Positions 17,277-25,860 of a stretch of 29,312 nt of DNA are shown one piece after another. Position 1 is the stretch's first letter, and every line of letters begins with the position of its first letter. Both the position numbers and the translations under genes were made by a program. The notes below the pieces were generated by a model. The model was not told the origin of the DNA. It worked only from the letters and a program-made list of their open reading frames with translations, and ran no database searches. This DNA is from Candidatus Altiarchaeota archaeon (GTDB lineage: Archaea; Altiarchaeota; Altiarchaeia; IMC4; SCGC-AAA252-I15): positions 1-29,312 of the forward strand of contig JAZDNF010000016.1 in assembly GCA_043800255.1 (NCBI GenBank), given 5' to 3'.

Positions 17277-18980
17277 ATGATTGAGGGCGTTAAGACAACA
17301 ATCCGGGAGCTGGTGGGCAGGGCGTCGGGCGAGGACATCCAGCCGGATGACATAGTGGAGTCGCCCGTGGCAGACTACGGGTGCAGCATAGCCTTCAAAC
17401 TGGCTTCCAAGCTGAAGAAGAATCCTGCAGATATTGCAAGAGAGCTGGCAGACAAGATTAGGCCGTCGGGGGCTATAAAGAAGGTTGAGGCTGACGGCGG
17501 TTACATAAACTTTCATCTGGACTATGCCCTCCTTGCCAAGGAACTGCTGAAGACTACGCTGGTGGAAAAAATGCCGCCTGCAGGGGAGAGGATAGTGCTG
17601 GAGCACACTTCAGTGAACCCGTCCGGGCCGATCCACGTGGGCCGCCTCAGGAACACGATAATAGGGGACTCGCTGAAGAGGATACTCGACTTCTGCGGAT
17701 ATGATGTCGAAACACACTACTTCGTCAACGACGTCGGGAAGCAGATAGCGATAATAGCCTTGGGGTTGGAGGGTAAGCTGGAGCCTGACAGCCAGCTTGT
17801 CAGAAAGTACGAACACTACAGCAGAAAGGAGGATTTCATTGTTTTCTTCAGTTATGTGACTGCGAACAAAAAATTCGAGGAGGAGGTGGAATTCCAAAAG
17901 CTGGTTCAGGAGATTATATACCAGGCGGAAAACGGAGACAAAAATTCACTTAACAAGATTAAGAAGGCGGCCCAGAAATGCCTGAACGGCCAGAAGGAGA
18001 CCTTCGACAGGCTGAATGTGAAATTCGACTATTTTGACTTCGAAAGCGACTGCCTGCTGGATGGAAGCGTGCGGACGATACTGCAGAAGCTGAAGAAGAA
18101 CAGGCTCTGGACTTCCTCTGAAGTTGGAGGAGGGCTCGACCTTAGCAACTATGGGCTGGAGCGTAAGACAGGCTTCACAGTTCTTGAGAGGGCTGACGGC
18201 ACTACAGTCTACTTGAGCAGGGACCTCGCTTACCACCTTAAGAAGGCTGAACTTGGGGCGCATCTCATCAACGTGTTGGGCGAGGACCATAAGATGCAGT
18301 TCCAGGAGCTTAAGACCATCCTGGTCAGGATATTCGAACTCCAAACGAGGCTGGACGCAGTCCACTACAGTTTCGTGAGCTTCGAAGGCAGCAAGCTCTC
18401 AACCAGGAGAGGCCAGATAGCGTCAGTCGACGAGCTGTTGGATGAGGCTGTTGAGAAGGCGGAGAATGAGGTTAAGAAGAGGGGGATAGCAGGAGACGAC
18501 GTCGCAGAGATGATAGGGGCCGGCGCCGTTAAGTTCCACATCATAAAGACGTCGCCTAACAAGCCGATAACTTTCATATGGAAGGATGCGCTGTCATTTG
18601 AGGGAGAAACAGGCCCGTATATACAGTATGCCCACGCCAGAAGCTGCAGGATTCTCGAGAAGTCAGGCATTAAGGTCGAAAAGATTAAGCCAGCTGCAGT
18701 ATCCTTTGAGCTGGAAAACAACGAGGAGAAGGCCCTGGTTAGGACGCTGTCCGACTTCCATGGAACGGTTAAGAAGGCCGCCTCCGAGTTGAGGCCTGAC
18801 ATCCTCGCCTCTTATATGATAAAGCTGACCGCAGATTACGGCAGGTTTTACATCAAATGCCCTGTGCTGGACGCTAGTGAGGACGTTAGGGCCAGGAGGC
18901 TGCTGCTGGTCGCGAAGGCAAAGAACACCCTCGGTGTTGGGCTTGGACTGCTCGGGATTAGTGCTCCTGAGAGGATGTGA
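17277..18980 (+). CDS. argS: Arginine--tRNA ligase
   Basis: LEHTSVNPSGPIHVGRLRN (HIGH), KLSTRRG (KMSKS-like), GPYIQYAHAR, C-terminal LGISAPERM. ATG 17277 preferred. Confidence 0.97.
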   Translation: MIEGVKTTIRELVGRASGEDIQPDDIVESPVADYGCSIAFKLASKLKKNPADIARELADKIRPSGAIKKVEADGGYINFHLDYALLAKELLKTTLVEKMPPAGERIVLEHTSVNPSGPIHVGRLRNTIIGDSLKRILDFCGYDVETHYFVNDVGKQIAIIALGLEGKLEPDSQLVRKYEHYSRKEDFIVFFSYVTANKKFEEEVEFQKLVQEIIYQAENGDKNSLNKIKKAAQKCLNGQKETFDRLNVKFDYFDFESDCLLDGSVRTILQKLKKNRLWTSSEVGGGLDLSNYGLERKTGFTVLERADGTTVYLSRDLAYHLKKAELGAHLINVLGEDHKMQFQELKTILVRIFELQTRLDAVHYSFVSFEGSKLSTRRGQIASVDELLDEAVEKAENEVKKRGIAGDDVAEMIGAGAVKFHIIKTSPNKPITFIWKDALSFEGETGPYIQYAHARSCRILEKSGIKVEKIKPAAVSFELENNEEKALVRTLSDFHGTVKKAASELRPDILASYMIKLTADYGRFYIKCPVLDASEDVRARRLLLVAKAKNTLGVGLGLLGISAPERM

Positions 18981-19011
18981 TTTTTTAATTCGTCTACGGA
19001 TATAGTATACA

Positions 19012-19377
19012 ATGTACAATCTCGTTGACGTCAGAAAGCTCGGGAAGAAATTCGAGATAAACAAGAAGGTCAAGACTCCAATGATCAGGGTGTCATGCGA
19101 GCAGTGCTTCAGCAAGGACATAGTCTGCTCCTACGAGAAAGACCTGCCCAAGAGAGACTTCCCGAAAGCCTACAAAGAATGCGCTGACTGCATGACGATA
19201 TTGTGCGAAAACTGTTTAGAGGAGAAAAAGGAGTGCCCTGAATGCGGAAGCAAAACACATTACAGCCTGAAACCATACGACATCTACTTGTGCAACGTAT
19301 GCGTCGAGCACGATGAGAGAGTGTGCCCCACATGCAGGTATCCCAGCCTAGAGGAGACGTTCCTGTTCCCCGACTAA
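19012..19377 (+). CDS. Cys-rich multi-zinc-finger hypothetical protein
   Basis: Six CxxC pairs (CEQC, CADC, CENC, CPEC, CNVC, CPTC) in 121 aa. Confidence 0.7.
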   Translation: MYNLVDVRKLGKKFEINKKVKTPMIRVSCEQCFSKDIVCSYEKDLPKRDFPKAYKECADCMTILCENCLEEKKECPECGSKTHYSLKPYDIYLCNVCVEHDERVCPTCRYPSLEETFLFPD

Positions 19378-19737
19378 GCTGTCAAACGTCAGGAAACCGT
19401 CCTTAGAATTCACAGTATAATTCCTTTTTTTCAGCAGACCCTCAAGCTCATAGAACCTCGGCTTCTCCCTGTAGAATTTTATCCCCAGATATGCCCTGCA
19501 CCCAGCCCTCTGGCTGAACTCCCTGAGGTTCAGCATCGCCTCTTTCAGGCTCAGCCTATCATTCCTTGTCGTCTTACATTCGATTGCCAGGATTTTCCCG
19601 TCCCTCGCCGCTATTACGTCGGGGACAGGGTGGGAGACTGTGCCGCTGCCTGCAGACCTTATTGCACCCCAACCTCGATTCCAGAATTCTGCGACAACCT
19701 CCCTCTCGAAATCAGCACCCTTTTTATACCTGTTCAT
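19348..19737 (-). CDS. hjc: Archaeal Holliday junction resolvase
   Basis: KGADFERE, RSAGSG, PDVIA, IECK (PD-(D/E)xK). Confidence 0.93.
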   Translation of the reverse strand: MNRYKKGADFEREVVAEFWNRGWGAIRSAGSGTVSHPVPDVIAARDGKILAIECKTTRNDRLSLKEAMLNLREFSQRAGCRAYLGIKFYREKPRFYELEGLLKKRNYTVNSKDGFLTFDSLVGEQERLL

Positions 19738-19765
19738 CGATTAAGTATTGGATTTGGGAAATAAG

Positions 19766-20284
19766 ATGGTTAAAATCGCGCTCGGAGTGTGCGGGTCGGT
19801 TGCCGCAGTAAGGACTGTGGAATTGGTCAGAGAGTTCAGGAGAAACCACATAGAAGTCGAGGTAGTGATGTCCGAGTCCGCTAAAAGGATGGTAGGCCCT
19901 GACGCACTCCATTGGGCTTCCGGAAACAGGGTCATTACCGAGCTGACAGGAGACGTGGAACATGTCAGATTGTGCGGCGTCGGGGGGGAAGCCTCCCTCC
20001 TGCTGATATGCCCGGCGACCTCGAACACGATATCCAAGATTTCAGCAGGCATCGATGACACGCCGGTAACGACGTTGGCTGCAAGCGCGCTGGGAGCCGG
20101 CATACCGATCGTAATAGTGCCTGCGATGCATATATCAATGTACTATAACCCGATTGTCGTCTCAAACATCGAGAAACTCAAAGAGCAGGACGTAATATTC
20201 ATGGAGCCTGAAATCGATGAGAACAAGGCTAAACTGCCTGACAATTCTGAAATTTTGAAGAAAGTTCTCGAAACCATAAAATGA
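19766..20284 (+). CDS. coaC: HFCD flavoprotein, phosphopantothenoylcysteine decarboxylase domain (stand-alone)
   Basis: GVCGSVAA, EHVRL, PATSNTISK..GIDD, PAMHISM. Ends at KAKLP without a CoaB domain. ATG 19766 preferred. Confidence 0.8.
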   Translation: MVKIALGVCGSVAAVRTVELVREFRRNHIEVEVVMSESAKRMVGPDALHWASGNRVITELTGDVEHVRLCGVGGEASLLLICPATSNTISKISAGIDDTPVTTLAASALGAGIPIVIVPAMHISMYYNPIVVSNIEKLKEQDVIFMEPEIDENKAKLPDNSEILKKVLETIK

Positions 20285-20889
20285 CCCTCAACCTTGAGGA
20301 GGGAGCATCGCTCGTACGGTATTCCAGGGAGGTGATAGCCTCCCGTTTCAAGGGGAAAAAGCCGGGAATTCCTGAAAACCTGAGGAAGATTTTCTCAGAG
20401 AAGAGGGGCGTCTTCGTCACACTCCACAAGTATCCTGACAACCAGCTCAGAGGCTGCATAGGATACCCGGAACCTGTGCTGAAGCTGGGAGATGCTGTCA
20501 GGGAATCCGCGCACTCTGCCGCATTCGGCGATCCGAGATTCAAAAACCTGGAGGAGAATGAGCTCAACAGCATAGTGATTGAAGTGTCGGTGCTGACTCT
20601 CCCAGAACTTATTGTAGTAGAAAAGCCCGTGGGATATGTTAAAGCTGTTAAGGTAGGCCGCGACGGCCTCATAATAGACGACGGCATGCTCAGAGGCTTA
20701 CTCCTCCCGCAGGTTGCTGTCGAACAGGGATGGGACGCTGAGACCTTTCTCTCCCAGACCTGCGTTAAAGCAGGGCTGACGCCGGACTGCTGGCTGCTTA
20801 AAGGCATCAGAGTTTATAAGTTCTCAGCGCAGATATTCTCAGAGGAGACTCCAAATGGGGATGTGGTGGAAAAGGCTTTAACCGATTAG
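20281..20889 (+). CDS. AMMECR1-domain protein
   Basis: GVFVTL, LRGCIG, AAFGDPRF, EVSVLT, GLLLPQVA, KAGL. Confidence 0.93.
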   Translation: MTLNLEEGASLVRYSREVIASRFKGKKPGIPENLRKIFSEKRGVFVTLHKYPDNQLRGCIGYPEPVLKLGDAVRESAHSAAFGDPRFKNLEENELNSIVIEVSVLTLPELIVVEKPVGYVKAVKVGRDGLIIDDGMLRGLLLPQVAVEQGWDAETFLSQTCVKAGLTPDCWLLKGIRVYKFSAQIFSEETPNGDVVEKALTD

Positions 20890-21522
20890 CTCGACAGTCA
20901 CAGTAACGCCGTCTTTTATCTTGAACTTCTGCCTCAGGTTCTCTTCACTCAATATTTCGATGATTCCAGTGTGGTGGGTTCTCTCAGGCAGTATGATATA
21001 GCAGTCTGCCTTCAGGCGGCCGTAGGAAAGCCGGACCGGGCAGGCGCTGAGCGCGCCAAGGCTTCGGCTCCCGCTCTGAAAACCATCTATTTTAGCGGTC
21101 ACATAGTGCCCCATATGAGGCAGCTCGCCCTCATATTTTAGGTTGAGAGTGCCAAGGTAGGGTTTAATGCCTAACGTCTTCTCTATCCTGTCCGCGTACT
21201 GCCTAACATAGTAGGCTCCCTCGCCTATCCCGCTGACGGCCTTTCCATAGATCACCGGCGGCTTATGCTGCAGCAGTGCAGATAGTTGGGAGTGCATGGC
21301 TTTGAGGCGCGATAGGCCGCTCTCGGTCAGCCGAACCTGCTGCCCCCTGCCCCGAACTATTCTATCAATCAGCCCCTCCTCCTCAAGTTCCTTAAGATAG
21401 CGGGAGGCGGTCTGCTGCGAAACGCCCATCCTCTGCCCCAATTCTGACGACTTCAGGAAGAACTCCGGCGAGCTGGCCTTCTTCAACCCAGCCAGATTAT
21501 AGAGAGCGTAGTCTGAGTTCAT
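20878..21522 (-). CDS. ribK: CTP-dependent riboflavin kinase with N-terminal winged HTH (RbkR-type)
   Basis: SQQTASRYLKELE HTH, SGIGEGAYYV, PYLGTLN, PERTHH, LRQKF. Confidence 0.9.
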   Translation of the reverse strand: MNSDYALYNLAGLKKASSPEFFLKSSELGQRMGVSQQTASRYLKELEEEGLIDRIVRGRGQQVRLTESGLSRLKAMHSQLSALLQHKPPVIYGKAVSGIGEGAYYVRQYADRIEKTLGIKPYLGTLNLKYEGELPHMGHYVTAKIDGFQSGSRSLGALSACPVRLSYGRLKADCYIILPERTHHTGIIEILSEENLRQKFKIKDGVTVTVELIG

Positions 21523-21557
21523 AGTTAGTAATAAAGAGGAAAAATAAAGAGGAGAGG

Positions 21558-22655
21558 TTAAACGTCCAGGTTCAACTCTCTCGCGATTTCCTCATACCTG
21601 TTTCTGATGGTCACTTCGGTGACGCCGGCAAGCCTGCCTGCTATGCCCTTCTGCGTCTGCTTGTCGTTTGTCAGCTTCCCCGCAAGGTATATGGCTGCAG
21701 CGGCAACGCCTGTCGGGCCTCTCCCGGAGGTGACGCCCTTCTCCCTGGCCTTCTCCAGTATTTCAATAGCCTTGGCCTCAGTCTCACCTGACAGGCCCAG
21801 CTCTGACGCGAACCGGGGCACGTAGTCCATGGGAGTTGCGACAGGCATCTTCAGGTCAAGCCGCCTGCACGCGAACCTGTAGCTTCTGCCGATATCCTTC
21901 TTCTTGACTCCAGAGGCCTCAGCAAGCTCCTCAAGCGTTTTAGGAAGCTGATGTTTTCTCGATATTAGGTAGATTATTGCGGCGACGACGCTTTCAATAG
22001 ACCTGCCTCTCACAAGGCCCTTGCTGACGGCCTTCCTGTACCACATCGCGCACTCTTCCTTGATGTTGTTCGGTATGTTAAGGTAGGCGCACATCCTGTC
22101 AAGCTCAGGCAACGCTATGGAAAGGTTCCTCTGAACTGAATCGGACATCCTGCTCCGCCTCTGCCATTTTCTCAGCCTGTAAAGCTGGGCTTTCCGCTCA
22201 GGCTGGATTGCCCCGCCCCTTATGTCCCTGTCGTACCGGTCTATCTCCGTCGTCAAACCTTTGTTAAGTTTAGCGAATTTCACCGGGCCGCCTGTCCTGG
22301 CTCTCTTGCTCTTCTGCTCCTCGTCGAACGCCCTCCACTCAGGCCCGAAGTCGAACATCCCGTCCTCGATTACCGTTCCGCAGGTCTTGCAGACGACCTC
22401 GCCGTGCTTGTAGTCTGTCACAAGGTTATTGCCCCCGCAATCAGGGCATTTGACAGGCTTCATATTCTCAAATTTAGAGGCACTGCTTTTAGCTCCGCTA
22501 TCAAACTCATTTAAACCTGAGCCCATGCTCTCATCATCTGAGTCGTAGGCTTTACTGCTAACAGAAGCCTTCCGGGGATCGTCGACAGACCCGGCATTTG
22601 AAGTTTTTTTCACAGCCCCTTTTGACGTAGATGTTTTTCTCGATTTTTTAAGCAT
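21558..22655 (-). CDS. tfb: Transcription initiation factor IIB (TFB) with N-terminal extension
   Basis: CPDC..CKTCG zinc ribbon, GPEWRAF, RLRKWQ, LVRGRSIE, SGRGPTG, VTEVTIRNRY. Confidence 0.97.
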   Translation of the reverse strand: MLKKSRKTSTSKGAVKKTSNAGSVDDPRKASVSSKAYDSDDESMGSGLNEFDSGAKSSASKFENMKPVKCPDCGGNNLVTDYKHGEVVCKTCGTVIEDGMFDFGPEWRAFDEEQKSKRARTGGPVKFAKLNKGLTTEIDRYDRDIRGGAIQPERKAQLYRLRKWQRRSRMSDSVQRNLSIALPELDRMCAYLNIPNNIKEECAMWYRKAVSKGLVRGRSIESVVAAIIYLISRKHQLPKTLEELAEASGVKKKDIGRSYRFACRRLDLKMPVATPMDYVPRFASELGLSGETEAKAIEILEKAREKGVTSGRGPTGVAAAAIYLAGKLTNDKQTQKGIAGRLAGVTEVTIRNRYEEIARELNLDV

Positions 22656-22863
22656 TTTTACCTCTAACCTCCCCTTTTTTCAACATTCGGGCCACAACAT
22701 ACGGCCTATTAACGTTACCTATAATATCCAGCACCCTGCCACCATACCCCTCAAAAGAGAGCCTACTCCCAATCTCAGGAACCTCCCCACCCTCAACAGA
22801 AAACAAAGACATATCCCCAACGCGTCTTATCAACTTATAACCCGGCAAAACAAAGCACCCCAT
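22648..22863 (-). CDS. gar1: Gar1-like H/ACA RNP protein (short)
   Basis: PEIG...GRVLDIIGNVNRPYVV motif. Lies directly upstream of tfb, a common archaeal synteny. Confidence 0.7.
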   Translation of the reverse strand: MGCFVLPGYKLIRRVGDMSLFSVEGGEVPEIGSRLSFEGYGGRVLDIIGNVNRPYVVARMLKKGEVRGKNA

Positions 22864-22871
22864 GCTAAAAA

Positions 22872-22889
22872 GCGAAAAGCTTATAAATA
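22872..22889 (+). promoter_or_regulatory. BRE-TATA promoter (GCGAAAAGC-TTATAAATA) facing trpB
   Basis: Purine-rich BRE immediately followed by a consensus TATA box. Confidence 0.55.
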
Positions 22890-22929
22890 TACCACCAAAC
22901 TAGTATAAAAAGCTTCCGCTTTTCGCGGC

Positions 22930-22983
22930 TTTGCTCCTAAAGTCCCGTTTGCTCATAAAGTCCGAGTTTTGCTCAGAAAGTTT
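22930..22983. repeat. Three direct repeats TTTGCTCNNAAAGT
   Basis: Copies begin at 22930 (TTTGCTCCTAAAGTCC), 22948 (TTTGCTCATAAAGTCC) and 22968 (TTTGCTCAGAAAGTTT). Confidence 0.8.
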
Positions 22984-23028
22984 GGGATATTTTGTTTTTT
23001 TGTCTGGAATTTAAGTGATTAATCCAGT

Positions 23029-24204
23029 ATGAAACCGAGGGGTAAGTATGGCATCTATGGGGGGCAGTTCGCTCCTGAGACTCTGATGTGCGCTCTGGAG
23101 GAGCTTGAGTGTGAGGTTCGGAGGGCGTTCAATGACAGGGGATATTGGAGCGAAGTCGGCTACTATCTGAGGGATTATGCTGGCAGGCCTACTCCGCTGT
23201 ATCATGCGAGGAATTTTTCAGACCATGTGGGGTTCAAGGTTTACCTGAAGAGGGAGGATTTGGTGCATGGTGGCGCGCACAAGCTGAATAATACGTTAGG
23301 CCAGGCTCTGCTGGCGAAGAGGATGGGCAAGAAGCGGATAATAGCCGAGACCGGGGCAGGACAGCATGGTGTTGCGACAGCAATCGCTGGGGCGATGCTC
23401 GGCCTGAAGGTCGAAGTCTACATGGGAAGCGATGACATTGTCAGACAGAGGTTGAACGTTCACAGGATGAAGTTGTTGGGAGCTAAGGTCATACCTGTCA
23501 ACTCAGGTTCGAAGACGCTGAAGGATGCCATAAACGAGGCCATAAGGGACTGGGTCACGAACGTCAGGACAACATATTATCTGTTCGGCACCGCCGCAGG
23601 CATGCACCCCTATCCTATGATGGTGAGAAGATTCCAGAGTGTCATAGGCAGGGAGGCGAGAAGGCAGATGATGGAGAAGGAGGGCCGGCTTCCAGATGCT
23701 GTTGTCGCCTGCGTGGGCGGCGGCAGCAACGCCATCGGAATATTCTCAGGCTTCATGAAGGATAAGAGTGTCAGACTCTACGCTGTCGAAGCCGGGGGTA
23801 AGGGACTGGGAACGCTGGAGCACGGCGCGTCCCTCTGCGCGGGAACGGACGGTGTCTTCCACGGCATGCTCACCAAAATATTGCAGGACAGGTACGGCCA
23901 GATAAGGGTTTCGCACAGCATAGCAGCAGGCCTTGATTATCCTGGGGTGGGGCCGGAGCTCGCTCACCTCGCGAAAGAGGGGAGGATAACAGTGTCAACG
24001 GTCACGGACAGGGAGGCTGTGCAGGCATACGGCAGACTCTGCAGGCTGGAGGGCATACTCCCGGCTCTGGAATCAGCGCACGCCCTGGCATACTTAATAA
24101 AGAATAAACGCAGGTTCAGGAAGAAGGATACTGTGATAGTGAACCTCTCGGGGAGAGGGGATAAGGACGTCGAAACAGTCATAGACCATTTAGGCGTAAA
24201 ATAG
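23029..24204 (+). CDS. trpB: Tryptophan synthase beta chain (TrpB1 type)
   Basis: [23 protein letters not shown] (PLP lysine), [40 protein letters not shown]. Confidence 0.97.
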   Translation: MKPRGKYGIYGGQFAPETLMCALEELECEVRRAFNDRGYWSEVGYYLRDYAGRPTPLYHARNFSDHVGFKVYLKREDLVHGGAHKLNNTLGQALLAKRMGKKRIIAETGAGQHGVATAIAGAMLGLKVEVYMGSDDIVRQRLNVHRMKLLGAKVIPVNSGSKTLKDAINEAIRDWVTNVRTTYYLFGTAAGMHPYPMMVRRFQSVIGREARRQMMEKEGRLPDAVVACVGGGSNAIGIFSGFMKDKSVRLYAVEAGGKGLGTLEHGASLCAGTDGVFHGMLTKILQDRYGQIRVSHSIAAGLDYPGVGPELAHLAKEGRITVSTVTDREAVQAYGRLCRLEGILPALESAHALAYLIKNKRRFRKKDTVIVNLSGRGDKDVETVIDHLGVK

Positions 24205-24206
24205 GG

Positions 24207-24306
24207 TGTCAAGAACCGCCGGTCAGAGACCGGCGGCATGGATTACACCGGATAGGTTCTTGACAGATGATTTCCATCCACCAGTCACAGACTGGTGGAA
24301 ATCTCG
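24207..24306. mobile_element. Putative non-autonomous miniature element with IS200/IS605-like terminal hairpins
   Basis: Two related hairpins, CCGCCGGTC-AGA-GACCGGCGG (24216-24236) and TCCACCAGTC-ACA-GACTGGTGGA (24277-24299), plus an 11-bp inverted repeat TGTCAAGAACC (24207-24217)/GGTTCTTGACA (24255-24265). No transposase nearby. Confidence 0.5.
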
Positions 24307-24341
24307 ATTTATATTGCACTCTGACAATAAGTAGTATCACA

Positions 24342-25370
24342 ATGGAACTACTTTCGAAACTATGCAATGCATCCGGAATATCAGGCTTCGAATCTGAAGT
24401 CACAAACATCATGAAGCGGGAGCTGTCTAAGGCCTCTGAGGAGGTTATAGCAGACAGCTTCGGGAACATCATAGCTAGGAAGGGCGAGGGTAAGACAAAA
24501 ATCATGCTAACAGCCCACATGGATGAGATAGGGCTCATGGTAAAGCACATCAGCAAGGAAGGGTTCCTCAGTTTCATAAAAATAGGGGGCATAGACGACA
24601 GGATACTCATAAACCAGAGGGTCGTGGTTAGTGGGAAGAAGGGCGAAGTCGTTGGCATAATAGGTTCTAAACCGCCGCACCTGCAGAAGGACGAGGAGAG
24701 GAAGAAGCTGATAAAACACGATGAACTGTTCATCGACATCGGAGCAGACTCTGAGAAGGAGGCTGCAAAGCTCGTCTCAGTCGGAGACCCGGTGATATTC
24801 TACCCTAACTTCGGGCAGCTTAACAAGAACATATACTATGGGAAGGCGATTGACGACAGGCTTGGCTGCTATATCATGGTAGAGATTATGAAAAAACTCC
24901 CAAAGAGCTTGGATGCGACAGTGTACGCTGTGGGAACCGCCCAGGAGGAGGTCGGGCTCAAGGGCGCCAGGGTTTCAGCGTACAGGCTGGCTCCGGACTA
25001 TGCCATAGCCTTGGACACTACCATAGCAGGCGGCACCCCAAGCATAAAAGAGACCGAATCAAACCTCAAGATCGGGAAAGGCCCGGCCATAACCATAACA
25101 GAGGCTGGCGGGAGGGGAGTGGTAACCCATCCGAAGGTGAAGGAGATTCTCCTGAGTACGGCAAAAAAGGGGAAAATCCCGTACCAGATAGACGTGCTCG
25201 AGGGTGGCATGACCGACGCTGCGATAATATATCTGACGAGGGAGGGAATCCCATCAGGCTCTGTCAGCGTCCCAGTCAGGTACATACACAGCCCGAGCGC
25301 AGTCTTTGACATCAGAGACGTCAACAACACAATAAAGCTGATGCTGAACAGCGTTCCGAAATTCAAGTAG
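24342..25370 (+). CDS. M42-family (TET-like) aminopeptidase
   Basis: GISGFE, AHMDEIG, IGGID, GKAIDDRLG, QEEVGLKGA, GGMTDA, RYIHSP. ATG 24342 with TTTATA about 30 nt upstream. Confidence 0.93.
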   Translation: MELLSKLCNASGISGFESEVTNIMKRELSKASEEVIADSFGNIIARKGEGKTKIMLTAHMDEIGLMVKHISKEGFLSFIKIGGIDDRILINQRVVVSGKKGEVVGIIGSKPPHLQKDEERKKLIKHDELFIDIGADSEKEAAKLVSVGDPVIFYPNFGQLNKNIYYGKAIDDRLGCYIMVEIMKKLPKSLDATVYAVGTAQEEVGLKGARVSAYRLAPDYAIALDTTIAGGTPSIKETESNLKIGKGPAITITEAGGRGVVTHPKVKEILLSTAKKGKIPYQIDVLEGGMTDAAIIYLTREGIPSGSVSVPVRYIHSPSAVFDIRDVNNTIKLMLNSVPKFK

Positions 25371-25373
25371 ACA

Positions 25374-25859
25374 ATGATATTCTACCTGGCAGCTCTCATA
25401 CTAGGTTCGCTGCTTTATCTGGGCCTGAATTGGATACCGATAGTGGGGCCGTTATCCGCGGGATTCATTGCAGGTAGGTTGGGGAGGGCAACGCCTAATA
25501 ACAGCTTCAAGCTCGGAGTCATTTCAGGAGCTATCGGATTTGTCACAATACTGTTCATGTCAGCGCGGTGGGGTGTCTTTGACACGATCGGGTTGGGGAG
25601 GATATTCTCAGGCCTGATGGTCTGGATAGTAGTAGTCTACAACCTCTTCGGGATATTGTTAACAGGCGTCGGAGCCTATGTTGGCTCCGTTTTCACCTCA
25701 GCGAAACGCCTGTTCAGAACAGATGGCAGGGTATATCAGCCGTTCAGCGGGCTCTCAGGATCTGACGTCAGAACTTACAGAATATGCCGGGAGTGCGGGA
25801 CCTCAAGCCTGGAACCGGAGGCTAAATGCGCGAACTGCGGGAGCATGTTCTCAAGCTAG
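25374..25859 (+). CDS. Gly-rich membrane protein (DUF5518-like) with C-terminal zinc ribbon
   Basis: IPIVGPLSAGFIAG motif, about four TM helices, CRECG...CANCG. Confidence 0.65.
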   Translation: MIFYLAALILGSLLYLGLNWIPIVGPLSAGFIAGRLGRATPNNSFKLGVISGAIGFVTILFMSARWGVFDTIGLGRIFSGLMVWIVVVYNLFGILLTGVGAYVGSVFTSAKRLFRTDGRVYQPFSGLSGSDVRTYRICRECGTSSLEPEAKCANCGSMFSS

Positions 25860-25860
25860 A

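Noticed and set aside
22930-22983. Mini CRISPR array
   Set aside because: Repeats are only 14-16 nt with gaps of a few nt, and no cas genes are present.
22912-23028. Trp-codon leader peptide upstream of trpB
   Set aside because: No start-codon-initiated short ORF containing Trp codons was found.
24267-24341. N-terminal extension of the M42 peptidase
   Set aside because: It overlaps the hairpin element and the TATA box. Family-like sequence begins at ATG 24342.
25678-25860. N-terminal extension of the SpoIIM-like ORF
   Set aside because: It overlaps the upstream gene. ATG 25861 lies 1 nt after that gene's stop.
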